Shown piece after piece: positions 26,885 through 33,592 of a stretch of 33,592 nucleotides of DNA (its first letter is position 1; each line of letters starts with the position of its first letter). The DNA comes from a virus (Duplodnaviria > Caudoviricetes). The notes under the pieces were generated by a model. That model did no database searches, had not been told where the DNA came from, and saw only the letters and a list, made by a program, of their open reading frames with translations. The translations under genes and the position numbers were made by a program. The DNA is taken from positions 1-33,592 of IMG/VR virus record IMGVR_UViG_3300030095_000584; one strand, written 5' to 3'.

Positions 26885-27787
26885 TTATATACTCTTATTG
26901 TAATTATTACGTAATGTCAAGGCATTTTCTGCACTAGCATACGTATTTTTCATGTAAGGCTTGACCGATTGTGGGTTTGCATGACCTGTAACAGACATAA
27001 TCTGACCCATAGGCACACCTGCTTCTACCATTTCAGTAGTTCCTGTCCTACGTAAGTCCGATATACGCAACTCATTCGGTAGTCCTGACTCTTTTATTAT
27101 TCTTCGTGCTACTTTTGACAGTCTTTGCATAGCATATGGACTGTAAACACCCTTCATTGGTGTTGGATAAGGTGCAACATAAGGCTGAAAGTCATAATCT
27201 TTTGCCTGTTCTTTAAGCATTTCTAATAAGTCAAGAGAAATAGGCAGGTGTACTACACTTCTTCTCTTTGACTGTTGCAAATTTAACACGCCTTTGTCAA
27301 AATCTATGCTAGAAAACTGTAACATTCTCATATCTCCTACCCTCTGACACCATTCGTATGCCATTTGTACTATCAATCCTAAGTTTCTATACTTGAAATC
27401 GTTGTAACAATAGTTAAGAAATATCCTAACTTGTTCTTTTGTCCAAGTAATATTCCTTACATGAGTAGTTTTTCGTTTGAAAGTAGAAAATGGATTGCTC
27501 TCTGCATACCCCATCTCCATTCCAAATGAATACATCTTTCGTGCAACTGCACATACTGAGTTAGCTAAATAAATTCCTCTACTTAACCATACTTCGTATC
27601 CTCTTCGTGCAGTCGCACCTGTCATGTCAGACAATAAAATACTTGACATCTTTTTTCCATCAACTTCTGTGTCCAACAGAACGTTGCAACAGTATTGATA
27701 ATCATGTTTAGTTTTGTCTGCTAAGTTATTGTAATCGTTAGACAAATAATATTTATCTTTTAGGTCATTCAAATTTAATTTTGTCAT
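26885..27787 (-). CDS. int: Tyrosine recombinase / integrase
   Basis: Catalytic residues: QRVGD (R), QSKR (K), DLRRT (R), TGH (H) and KPY (Y). Confidence 0.9.
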   Translation of the reverse strand: MTKLNLNDLKDKYYLSNDYNNLADKTKHDYQYCCNVLLDTEVDGKKMSSILLSDMTGATARRGYEVWLSRGIYLANSVCAVARKMYSFGMEMGYAESNPFSTFKRKTTHVRNITWTKEQVRIFLNYCYNDFKYRNLGLIVQMAYEWCQRVGDMRMLQFSSIDFDKGVLNLQQSKRRSVVHLPISLDLLEMLKEQAKDYDFQPYVAPYPTPMKGVYSPYAMQRLSKVARRIIKESGLPNELRISDLRRTGTTEMVEAGVPMGQIMSVTGHANPQSVKPYMKNTYASAENALTLRNNYNKSI

Positions 27788-28060
27788 TATTTACTCCTGT
27801 AATAATTACATCTTTCGTTGTATTTAATGTGTGACCTATGCCATGCCCTATGTCTACCTGTTTTATATGTCCTTCTAAAAATATTACCTCGCCATATATG
27901 GGTCGGATTGCCCATCCTTTCATATGCTTTAGATGTTCGTCAATAGCTTTATCTAAAGTTTCTCCTTGTATATATTCCACTCTGCTAGTAGGATAATCTA
28001 TATTAGGATTATCATATCTATCATTTGCAGTATAGACTACTGTATATTTCATTATTGTCA
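27765..28060 (-). CDS. Hypothetical protein, start uncertain (about 28051-28076)
   Basis: Open frame filling the gap between the glycosylase and integrase genes, overlapping both. Confidence 0.55.
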
Positions 28061-28552
28061 TGCTGCTTCCATCCATTTTGGTTTCTCTGTATACTTGTAT
28101 CTTGCGAATCTAGACTTGTCAACAATATAAAATTTACGATAGGCTTCTATAGGATAGAACTCGTCTGTCTTGAGGTCATCATGTCCACTAAAACATTGTG
28201 GATGTGGTGTTCTTTTACCATCAGGTAAATATATTCTGCCTTCCCACAGAGGTGTAAAGTGTTTGATTGCACCATGTATCTTTTTATATCTTCTACTGTA
28301 CTCACTTAGCATACAGTCATACAAACAAAAAGCAAAGAGATAGTTTGACCTATTCTCCATTGCCCATAGTGTGCAAGGATGCTTTTGATGTACAGGTTTG
28401 TATAAGTCATGCTCCTCTGCATAGTCAGGTGCATGATGCCATAGTGCAGTACATAACATCTGTGCTTCTTCTAATGGCATCTTGACTATGTGTTGGTCAC
28501 ATAAAGATTTTGATATCTCAAATGGTGTTTTTTCTATAATAAATCTATTCAT
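28058..28552 (-). CDS. denV: Pyrimidine dimer DNA glycosylase (endonuclease V-like)
   Basis: Start at ATG 28552 with GGAG upstream. MNRF...CDQHIVKMPLEEAQML, YKPVHQKHPCTLW, EYSRRY...H and AYRKFY match the phage pyrimidine-dimer glycosylase family. Confidence 0.75.
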   Translation of the reverse strand: MNRFIIEKTPFEISKSLCDQHIVKMPLEEAQMLCTALWHHAPDYAEEHDLYKPVHQKHPCTLWAMENRSNYLFAFCLYDCMLSEYSRRYKKIHGAIKHFTPLWEGRIYLPDGKRTPHPQCFSGHDDLKTDEFYPIEAYRKFYIVDKSRFARYKYTEKPKWMEAA

Positions 28553-28632
28553 AATCCTACTCCCATAAATCCTAGTATGAATGCCATGCAACACATACCT
28601 AATATAAACCATATTAATTCATCGTTATTCAT
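28549..28632 (-). CDS. 27-aa single-helix membrane peptide, not in ORF track
   Basis: GGAG RBS. MNNDELIWFILGMCCMAFILGFMGVGL*, with ATGA overlaps at both ends. Confidence 0.6.
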   Translation of the reverse strand: MNNDELIWFILGMCCMAFILGFMGVGL

Positions 28633-28733
28633 GCTAATAACTCCATACCTACTTGTATTATTGCATATGAATAAAGCACTATGATAACACTCACTAGTAC
28701 CTTATTCATAAAATCATTTGAACCATCATTCAT
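28629..28733 (-). CDS. 34-aa single-helix membrane peptide, not in ORF track
   Basis: AAGGAG RBS. MNDGSNDFMNKVLVSVIIVLYSYAIIQVGMELLA*, with an ATGA overlap to the next peptide. Confidence 0.6.
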   Translation of the reverse strand: MNDGSNDFMNKVLVSVIIVLYSYAIIQVGMELLA

Positions 28734-28747
28734 ATCATACTCCTTTC

Positions 28748-29938
28748 TTAGTTGTAAACAAAATATCCTTTTTCATAATTAATGGATGCTATCTTCTTAG
28801 GCAATAACATCTCTCCTAGTATATGTGCAATCACATCTACTGTCCAACCATTCCCAATCATCTTATATCTTTGAGTCTTGGAAACACCCTCTGTGTAGTT
28901 GTCAGGCAGAGTTTGTAATCTCTCACACTCTACAGGTGTTAGCTTTCTCCATGTCATACCCTCTACTACCACATTATCTTTTTGTACAGTAGTTAAACAA
29001 TTAGTCTTGTCATCAAGACGTACTTCTACCTGTGGTTCTAAAGGTAAATCCATTTGATAATCTTTACGCACACCATTGGCATCTATCCTACGATTAACAA
29101 TCCTACCACCTTTTGCAGAGTAGGTTGCAACCTTTGGCTCTCTGTTACCACCTTGCATAGTGAGTAACGTAGGTGCTTTACCATCCATGTGATACACTTG
29201 CTTAGTTGCTCTGTAGTTGTAATGTGCATACTCCTCTGCTTCTCCTACAGAGATAAGTCTATCAACAATAGTCATGCCATTATTACCTGCACCTTTGTAC
29301 ATAGTAGCAGTCGTACACAATGCTTTTTGATTAGGGTTCTTGTGATGTCTTGCATTACGTTCATTGATAGGAACAGGTGGCTCGTCATGGTCAGTCTGTA
29401 ATATATCCTTGAGTACCAAGCCTTTGTCTTCCATAGGTGGTATGATTATCTGTTCGTACTTGCCATTGATTAGCACACCAAACCAATAATTTCTCCATCT
29501 GTTTTGTGCAGATGCTACACTTGAGTTCACCAACTGTGGTGGAAATCCCATGTGTTCTGTAATGACATCCTCAAACTGTTTCTTCATTCGTACATTCTCA
29601 AGCAATATATACTTGGGTTGTAGAAAATCTCTTGCCCTAATGAACTCAAAGAATAATTTAGAACGTGGGTCATCAAATGCCAACTGTTCTCCTGCAAAAG
29701 AAAATCCCTGACATGGACTACCACCCATGAGCAAGTCAATCTTTTCTTCATAAAACAAATCATCATAATCAATATCTGTTACATCTCCTAACTGTATCGT
29801 GTTAGGAAAGTTTTTCTGTGCTATCTGTATAGCATACTTGTCTATCTCACAAGCATAGTAATTATCTACAGATACATTGGCACGTTCTAAGGCAAGTTGC
29901 CCACATGACATACCATCAAATAAACTTAATACATTCAT
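28748..29938 (-). CDS. C5 cytosine DNA methyltransferase (orphan)
   Basis: Start at ATG 29938 with AAGGAG. Motif I LSLFDG, IV GGSPCQGFS, VI LLENV, VIII QNRWRNYW, IX RKLTPVECERLQ and X IGNGW. Confidence 0.92.
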   Translation of the reverse strand: MNVLSLFDGMSCGQLALERANVSVDNYYACEIDKYAIQIAQKNFPNTIQLGDVTDIDYDDLFYEEKIDLLMGGSPCQGFSFAGEQLAFDDPRSKLFFEFIRARDFLQPKYILLENVRMKKQFEDVITEHMGFPPQLVNSSVASAQNRWRNYWFGVLINGKYEQIIIPPMEDKGLVLKDILQTDHDEPPVPINERNARHHKNPNQKALCTTATMYKGAGNNGMTIVDRLISVGEAEEYAHYNYRATKQVYHMDGKAPTLLTMQGGNREPKVATYSAKGGRIVNRRIDANGVRKDYQMDLPLEPQVEVRLDDKTNCLTTVQKDNVVVEGMTWRKLTPVECERLQTLPDNYTEGVSKTQRYKMIGNGWTVDVIAHILGEMLLPKKIASINYEKGYFVYN

Positions 29939-30153
29939 TGTGTTTTCTCCTTTGTGTTGATACAACCAACATGAATTATTTCACGTTTAGTTATACGAGG
30001 TTGAATTAATTCATATACACTTTCATCTAAATCAGTTTTGTTGTCAAGATAAAATTGATTACATTCCTGTTGCGTAGCAAATGTATGATTGGAAAGAACC
30101 CCTTGTAGAGTTCTTCCCTCAGTCATAAGCATGACATATAACACCCAAGTCAT
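29935..30153 (-). CDS. Hypothetical protein
   Basis: TAATG and ATGA coupling at both ends; 72 aa. Confidence 0.65.
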   Translation of the reverse strand: MTWVLYVMLMTEGRTLQGVLSNHTFATQQECNQFYLDNKTDLDESVYELIQPRITKREIIHVGCINTKEKTQ

Positions 30154-31001
30154 TAGGCTACTAACAAGTCTTGGAAAGGTTTAGAATCTACCCATTGAGC
30201 AACCTGTTGCTCTCTGTTCCACATAGACTGTGCTTGGGTATCATTACCTGTATTACGTAATGAGAAACCATTCCTCTCATCTGCATAAGATGAGTAGTTA
30301 GTGAATGCAGAATACAAAGCATACATATTCTTACCTCTCTTGCTTATCTCTTGTTGTGCAAGAGTGTTCATCTTCTTAGAAAGTCTTTCAGACTTTACTA
30401 TCTTATCAAGAAGTAATCTTACATTCGCCTTGATAGGTGTCTCTGCCCATATTTGTAGCATTCTGCAATGCTCATCAAAGTCTTGCCTTGCAGTTGTCAA
30501 GTCAGATATAAATCTGTCCATACTAAACCCACTTGTATTTTTCTTTTTGAGTTGAGCATACTTACCTCTAACTTGTTTGTTAGTACAAAAGAAATCAATA
30601 CCCCCAAACAATGCTATGTTAGAACACGAGCCATCAATACCATGAAGTAAAATGATTCTCTCATTCACTTCTGTCTGATGTTTGTTAGTTGTTACCTTGT
30701 ATGACACGTTAGGTAATGTTATATCTAACATTGCCCATGCACTATCTCTACAAATTTTCCACTTAACCTTTACGTTTTCTAACTCATGTGGTTCTCTATT
30801 GCTAACAATAGCTTCCTCACACCCATAGAAGTATGTAGGGTGGTCAACACACTTGAACGTGTTGCTTACATGACTACAAGCCTTGTCTGTCATGGTATTA
30901 ATACCAAACTTGTACCCATCTAATCGACTAGGCTCGTACCTAATCCCATAGTTTAGACTCTCGTCTATCTCAAATAATCTTGGTGTTCCGTCTAATGGCA
31001 T
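30153..31001 (-). CDS. DUF932-like protein
   Basis: IILLHGIDGSCS...FFCTN and NMYALYSAFTNYSSY pattern resembles DUF932 proteins of phages and plasmids. AAGGAG RBS. Confidence 0.65.
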   Translation of the reverse strand: MPLDGTPRLFEIDESLNYGIRYEPSRLDGYKFGINTMTDKACSHVSNTFKCVDHPTYFYGCEEAIVSNREPHELENVKVKWKICRDSAWAMLDITLPNVSYKVTTNKHQTEVNERIILLHGIDGSCSNIALFGGIDFFCTNKQVRGKYAQLKKKNTSGFSMDRFISDLTTARQDFDEHCRMLQIWAETPIKANVRLLLDKIVKSERLSKKMNTLAQQEISKRGKNMYALYSAFTNYSSYADERNGFSLRNTGNDTQAQSMWNREQQVAQWVDSKPFQDLLVA

Positions 31002-31003
31002 AA

Positions 31004-31597
31004 TTATTCTCCTTTCTTTTTATCTATATAAACTCTCATGTGTGTAGAATCTCCCAAAGTAGCACCATGATATGCTTTACCTTGACCATACAATTCAGGC
31101 TTGAGGTGTTGTCCTTTCACTCTTACTGTATATGATTCTTTATTAATATACTTCTTAATATTATCAAGTATTTCTTGACCCTCTGTGTCGTTAGGTATCT
31201 CACTAAAGACATACCTATGTCCTTGAGTGTAGTGTTCTTCTGCATATGCTTTTCTCCACCTGTGTTCTTCCTCACGGAAAGTATCTATTTGACTACGTAG
31301 TCCTGCAATGATACTATCTTTAGCTTTATTAACACTTTGCTCTCGTACAAGTCTTTCTTTCATAGACTTATGCACTCTATCTGCAGAAGCTATAGCAAAG
31401 TCATTGTCATCTTGTTTCTCAAGAAACTTTTTAAAAGCTCTAGCAAAATGAAACAGTTCCATATCTCCAAAGTCTATGACTTTATCCTGTGATGTAGAGT
31501 AATACTTCCACAGTTCTGTGTCCATCTTCTCTAAATCTTTTGGTAAAGGTTTACCTGTGATTACAGATTCAATCTGTAAATGTTGTTTTACTTTCAT
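31004..31597 (-). CDS. Hypothetical early protein with central coiled coil
   Basis: GAGGAG RBS, 197 aa, tightly packed with its neighbours. Confidence 0.75.
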   Translation of the reverse strand: MKVKQHLQIESVITGKPLPKDLEKMDTELWKYYSTSQDKVIDFGDMELFHFARAFKKFLEKQDDNDFAIASADRVHKSMKERLVREQSVNKAKDSIIAGLRSQIDTFREEEHRWRKAYAEEHYTQGHRYVFSEIPNDTEGQEILDNIKKYINKESYTVRVKGQHLKPELYGQGKAYHGATLGDSTHMRVYIDKKKGE

Positions 31598-31598
31598 A

Positions 31599-31817
31599 TT
31601 AATACTCCTCTACAAATATAAATTCAATTCGTGACTTTGGATATACTGCTCTTGCCATATCTATGGCATGGTCAATCGCATAGTTGTATCCACTCTTTTC
31701 TAAGGCTTGTGGGTGTACATTCACTTTACCTTTGTTGCCATCAATAGACAACCCCACCACCCAAAAGGGTGAGGGGTATGTGCTACGATTAGGCAAGGTG
31801 CTAATCTTATTAAACAT
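31599..31817 (-). CDS. Hypothetical early protein
   Basis: TAATG coupling to the upstream gene; 72 aa. Confidence 0.65.
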   Translation of the reverse strand: MFNKISTLPNRSTYPSPFWVVGLSIDGNKGKVNVHPQALEKSGYNYAIDHAIDMARAVYPKSRIEFIFVEEY

Positions 31818-32194
31818 TAGGCAACCTTACCTTTTCTACCAACTTTAGCAGTAGCTAAGTTAGTCAAGGTATCAACCTTGAACTCGCCAAAGGTAATAGC
31901 TTTGTAAGGCTTACCCTTTAACTCTGCTCTGCAAAAAGAGGTCAAGTCCTGCATAGCTAACATGAATGCAGATGAAGAAGTATTCTGTATGTAGAATCCC
32001 TCTTGCTTTCTAGCACCTCTGCTAACCTCAAGCACTAGGTCATAGACTCTTTCCTTAGAAAGTTTCTTACCTGTGACTTGTTTGTATAACACAGATGCTA
32101 CATCATATAGCTTCTGTCCTCGTTCAGTCAGGCATTGACCTGTACGACCTGTAGATTGTTTCCAAAATGAAACATTGATAGTATTCTTACTCAT
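31817..32194 (-). CDS. Basic hypothetical early protein
   Basis: AAAGGAG RBS; 125 aa. Confidence 0.75.
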   Translation of the reverse strand: MSKNTINVSFWKQSTGRTGQCLTERGQKLYDVASVLYKQVTGKKLSKERVYDLVLEVSRGARKQEGFYIQNTSSSAFMLAMQDLTSFCRAELKGKPYKAITFGEFKVDTLTNLATAKVGRKGKVA

Positions 32195-32226
32195 AATAAA
32201 CTCCTTTCGTTTGTTGGTTAAGTAAG

Positions 32227-32247
32227 GTGTCCGACAATCGGACTGTT
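32227..32247. repeat. Palindromic intergenic element, copy 1 (GTGTCCGACAATCGGACTGTT)
   Basis: 20/21 identical to 33158-33178; GTCCGA-N3-TCGGAC inverted repeat. Confidence 0.85.
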
Positions 32248-32253
32248 GTTTTG

Positions 32254-32394
32254 CTAGGCAAAAACTTTCTCTTGCCTTGCGTGTTTAACTTTACGTTGCA
32301 ATTTACGTTCACGTTTCCACTCGTCACGCTTCTGTTTCTTTGCAGTTTTCTTTACAGAAATTTTCTCAAACATTTTATCCTCATACTTTCGCAT
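32254..32394 (-). CDS. Highly basic 46-aa peptide
   Basis: ATG at 32394 with AAGGAG, preferred over the track start at 32481. MRKYEDKMFEKISVKKTAKKQKRDEWKRERKLQRKVKHARQEKVFA*. Confidence 0.65.
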   Translation of the reverse strand: MRKYEDKMFEKISVKKTAKKQKRDEWKRERKLQRKVKHARQEKVFA

Positions 32395-32506
32395 TGCTTT
32401 TCTCCTTCTTTCTATTGTATGAACCTTTGCCTTTTTTGCTTGGCACAACTTGTTTCTTGATAAACATGAGTGCCTTTGCAATAGGGTTAATCTTTTTTAT
32501 TTTCAT
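32381..32506 (-). CDS. arfA: Alternative ribosome-rescue factor A (ArfA)-like peptide, 41 aa, not in ORF track
   Basis: MKIKKINPIAKALMFIKKQVVPSKKGKGSYNRKKEKSNAKV* aligns by eye with E. coli ArfA IKDNAIEALL...RQRVEKNKKGKGSYMRK. An in-frame ATG at 32518 is an alternative start. Confidence 0.7.
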   Translation of the reverse strand: MKIKKINPIAKALMFIKKQVVPSKKGKGSYNRKKEKSNAKV

Positions 32507-32524
32507 ATCGCTATCCATATATAT

Positions 32525-32553
32525 GTTATATAACTACTTTCATTGAAAGTCAA
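32525..32553 (-). promoter_or_regulatory. Sigma70-type promoter for the arfA-like gene and downstream genes
   Basis: On the - strand: TTGACT (32553-32548), 17-nt spacer, TATAAC (32530-32525). Confidence 0.7.
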
Positions 32554-32566
32554 GTAGTTATATAAC
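32525..32566. repeat. Perfect 15-bp inverted repeat with 12-nt spacer
   Basis: GTTATATAACTACTT (32525-32539) and AAGTAGTTATATAAC (32552-32566) are exact reverse complements. Confidence 0.9.
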
Positions 32567-32578
32567 TTATTCTGTTGA

Positions 32579-32977
32579 TTAAATGTACACACGAGGTGTT
32601 ACTCCATTTGGATGGTGTAAAGATTCCATATGTATTATACCCACGAAATCTCTTGGTATCTCATTCCAATGGTCAGGTCTGTACTGATTCTCATCCATGC
32701 CTTGATGCATAAAGTAGTCATCTGTATAAGGGTTATACTTAACCCTATCCCAATCATGATAACTGCTTTGCTTACTGCTCATAAGGTAACCTACTGCGAA
32801 TGCATGAACATTCTTCTTGCCTTCTTCACGCACTCGCATCTGTCCACTTATCCATACTGTAAAGTATGCATCAAGAAGAGTAAGATATTTCATGTAGTCT
32901 ATGACTAAACCACTCTTGCATGATACAATACTCCATATGTCCTTGTGTAAGTTCCAATATACTCGTACTTTTTCCAT
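32579..32977 (-). CDS. Hypothetical phage protein (VYWNLHK / KKNVHAF / YNPY motifs)
   Basis: GAGGAG RBS. The motif pattern is familiar from phage early regions; function unknown. Confidence 0.75.
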   Translation of the reverse strand: MEKVRVYWNLHKDIWSIVSCKSGLVIDYMKYLTLLDAYFTVWISGQMRVREEGKKNVHAFAVGYLMSSKQSSYHDWDRVKYNPYTDDYFMHQGMDENQYRPDHWNEIPRDFVGIIHMESLHHPNGVTPRVYI

Positions 32978-33138
32978 TACTTTTTCTCCTCATAATCTAC
33001 TTCGATATTCCAAGAAAATGATGGGTCTTCGCCTAGGCTTATACCCATGTCTATGAGAGCATCTGTGACCATCTCACTAACTAACTCTGCATCTCTTTTA
33101 CTGATTTTATCAGTAATGTTTACTGTTTTTATACTCAT
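32977..33138 (-). CDS. Small acidic hypothetical protein (53 aa), not in ORF track
   Basis: AGGAG RBS. MSIKTVNITDKISKRDAELVSEMVTDALIDMGISLGEDPSFSWNIEVDYEEKK*, with TAATG coupling to the next gene. Confidence 0.7.
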   Translation of the reverse strand: MSIKTVNITDKISKRDAELVSEMVTDALIDMGISLGEDPSFSWNIEVDYEEKK

Positions 33139-33157
33139 GTTAAACTCCTAGTTTAAA

Positions 33158-33178
33158 GTGTCCGACAGTCGGACTGTT
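33158..33178. repeat. Palindromic intergenic element, copy 2 (GTGTCCGACAGTCGGACTGTT)
   Basis: GTCCGAC-A-GTCGGAC dyad; 20/21 identical to 32227-32247. Confidence 0.85.
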
Positions 33179-33592
33179 AATGTTGAACGATTGCTATGCT
33201 CTTTGCCTTGACTTCAGACCCACCACAGAGCATACATGATGAGCATTGTACTCGTCTGCCCATCTCTTTTGAGGCAGGACAAAGTATCTCTTGACCCTTG
33301 ACAACTTCGTTGACATCTTGAATGACACGGAATGTTCTATGTCCAAAATCCCAATGAGTCTTAGCAGTAGCTAAGTTATCAGCCGATACCATGTAAATGG
33401 TAGGGTCAAAGCTAGAACTTGGATTGTCATATTGATGACAATATGCAGTATGCTTCCTAGCTTTTGATATCAAGCTATCCCAAATATATTTGGGTACTGC
33501 TCCACCATCTCCATAAGTTCCAATCCTTACGTCTTCATCTTCTCCAAGAGAAGCCAAGGCATCATGTCCTTGCAAGGAAGGGTAAGCACCCT
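33177..33592 (-). CDS. Cys-rich phage protein, possibly Fe-S binding, 5'-truncated by the window edge
   Basis: The frame is open to the right edge. VRIGTYGDG, HTAYCHQ, MVSAD, ILCPAS and CSSCMLC motifs. Confidence 0.6.
   Translation of the reverse strand, partial: GAYPSLQGHDALASLGEDEDVRIGTYGDGGAVPKYIWDSLISKARKHTAYCHQYDNPSSSFDPTIYMVSADNLATAKTHWDFGHRTFRVIQDVNEVVKGQEILCPASKEMGRRVQCSSCMLCGGSEVKAKSIAIVQH

Noticed and set aside
26884-26920. Possible promoter for primase (TTGACA at 26920-26915 on the - strand)
   Set aside because: The nearby -10-like hexamers TACAAT and TATAAT are 12 and 25 nt away, and the hexamer at 17 nt (TAAGAG) is poor.
32254-32481. Track ORF of 75 aa starting at 32481
   Set aside because: Better explained as two genes in different frames: the ArfA-like ORF (32381-32506) and a 46-aa ORF starting at 32394 with its own RBS.
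18339-32908. + strand track ORFs within the early/replication block
   Set aside because: Antisense to tightly packed, RBS-bearing - strand genes; treated as shadows.
1-33592. tRNA, rRNA or phage RNA polymerase genes
   Set aside because: No intergenic gap with a cloverleaf or T-loop motif and no RNA polymerase motifs were seen by eye; a tRNAscan/Infernal run would be needed to exclude small RNAs.

Overview
AT-rich fragment of a tailed marine podophage genome. Its gene set and order match the HMO-2011-type phages known from SAR116 and Roseobacter hosts: a family A DNA polymerase with an inserted DnaJ-like CxxCxGxG element, a tyrosine integrase directly upstream of primase and helicase, a class II ribonucleotide reductase, and no phage RNA polymerase in this window. 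The + strand (1-16281) is a late structural block: a repeat-rich tail fibre cut off by the left edge, a LamG/SPRY-like adhesin, a tail chaperone, a holin-like protein and several probable internal virion/ejection proteins. The - strand (33592 down to about 16282) is a converging early/replication block: small early genes, DUF932-like protein, C5 methyltransferase, pyrimidine-dimer glycosylase, integrase, primase, helicase, PolA, putative SSB, exonuclease, endonuclease I, DUF3310-like protein, NrdJ and small membrane proteins. The most notable observation is a set of small ribosome-related candidates. A 41-aa ArfA-like ORF (KKGKGSYNRK, 32381-32506), missing from the ORF track, lies just behind a sigma70-type promoter embedded in a perfect 15-bp inverted repeat and is coupled to a very basic 46-aa peptide. 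An RMF-like protein lies at 16729-16983. A 21-bp palindromic element also occurs twice in early intergenic gaps. All family calls come from motifs recognised by eye; no searches were run.
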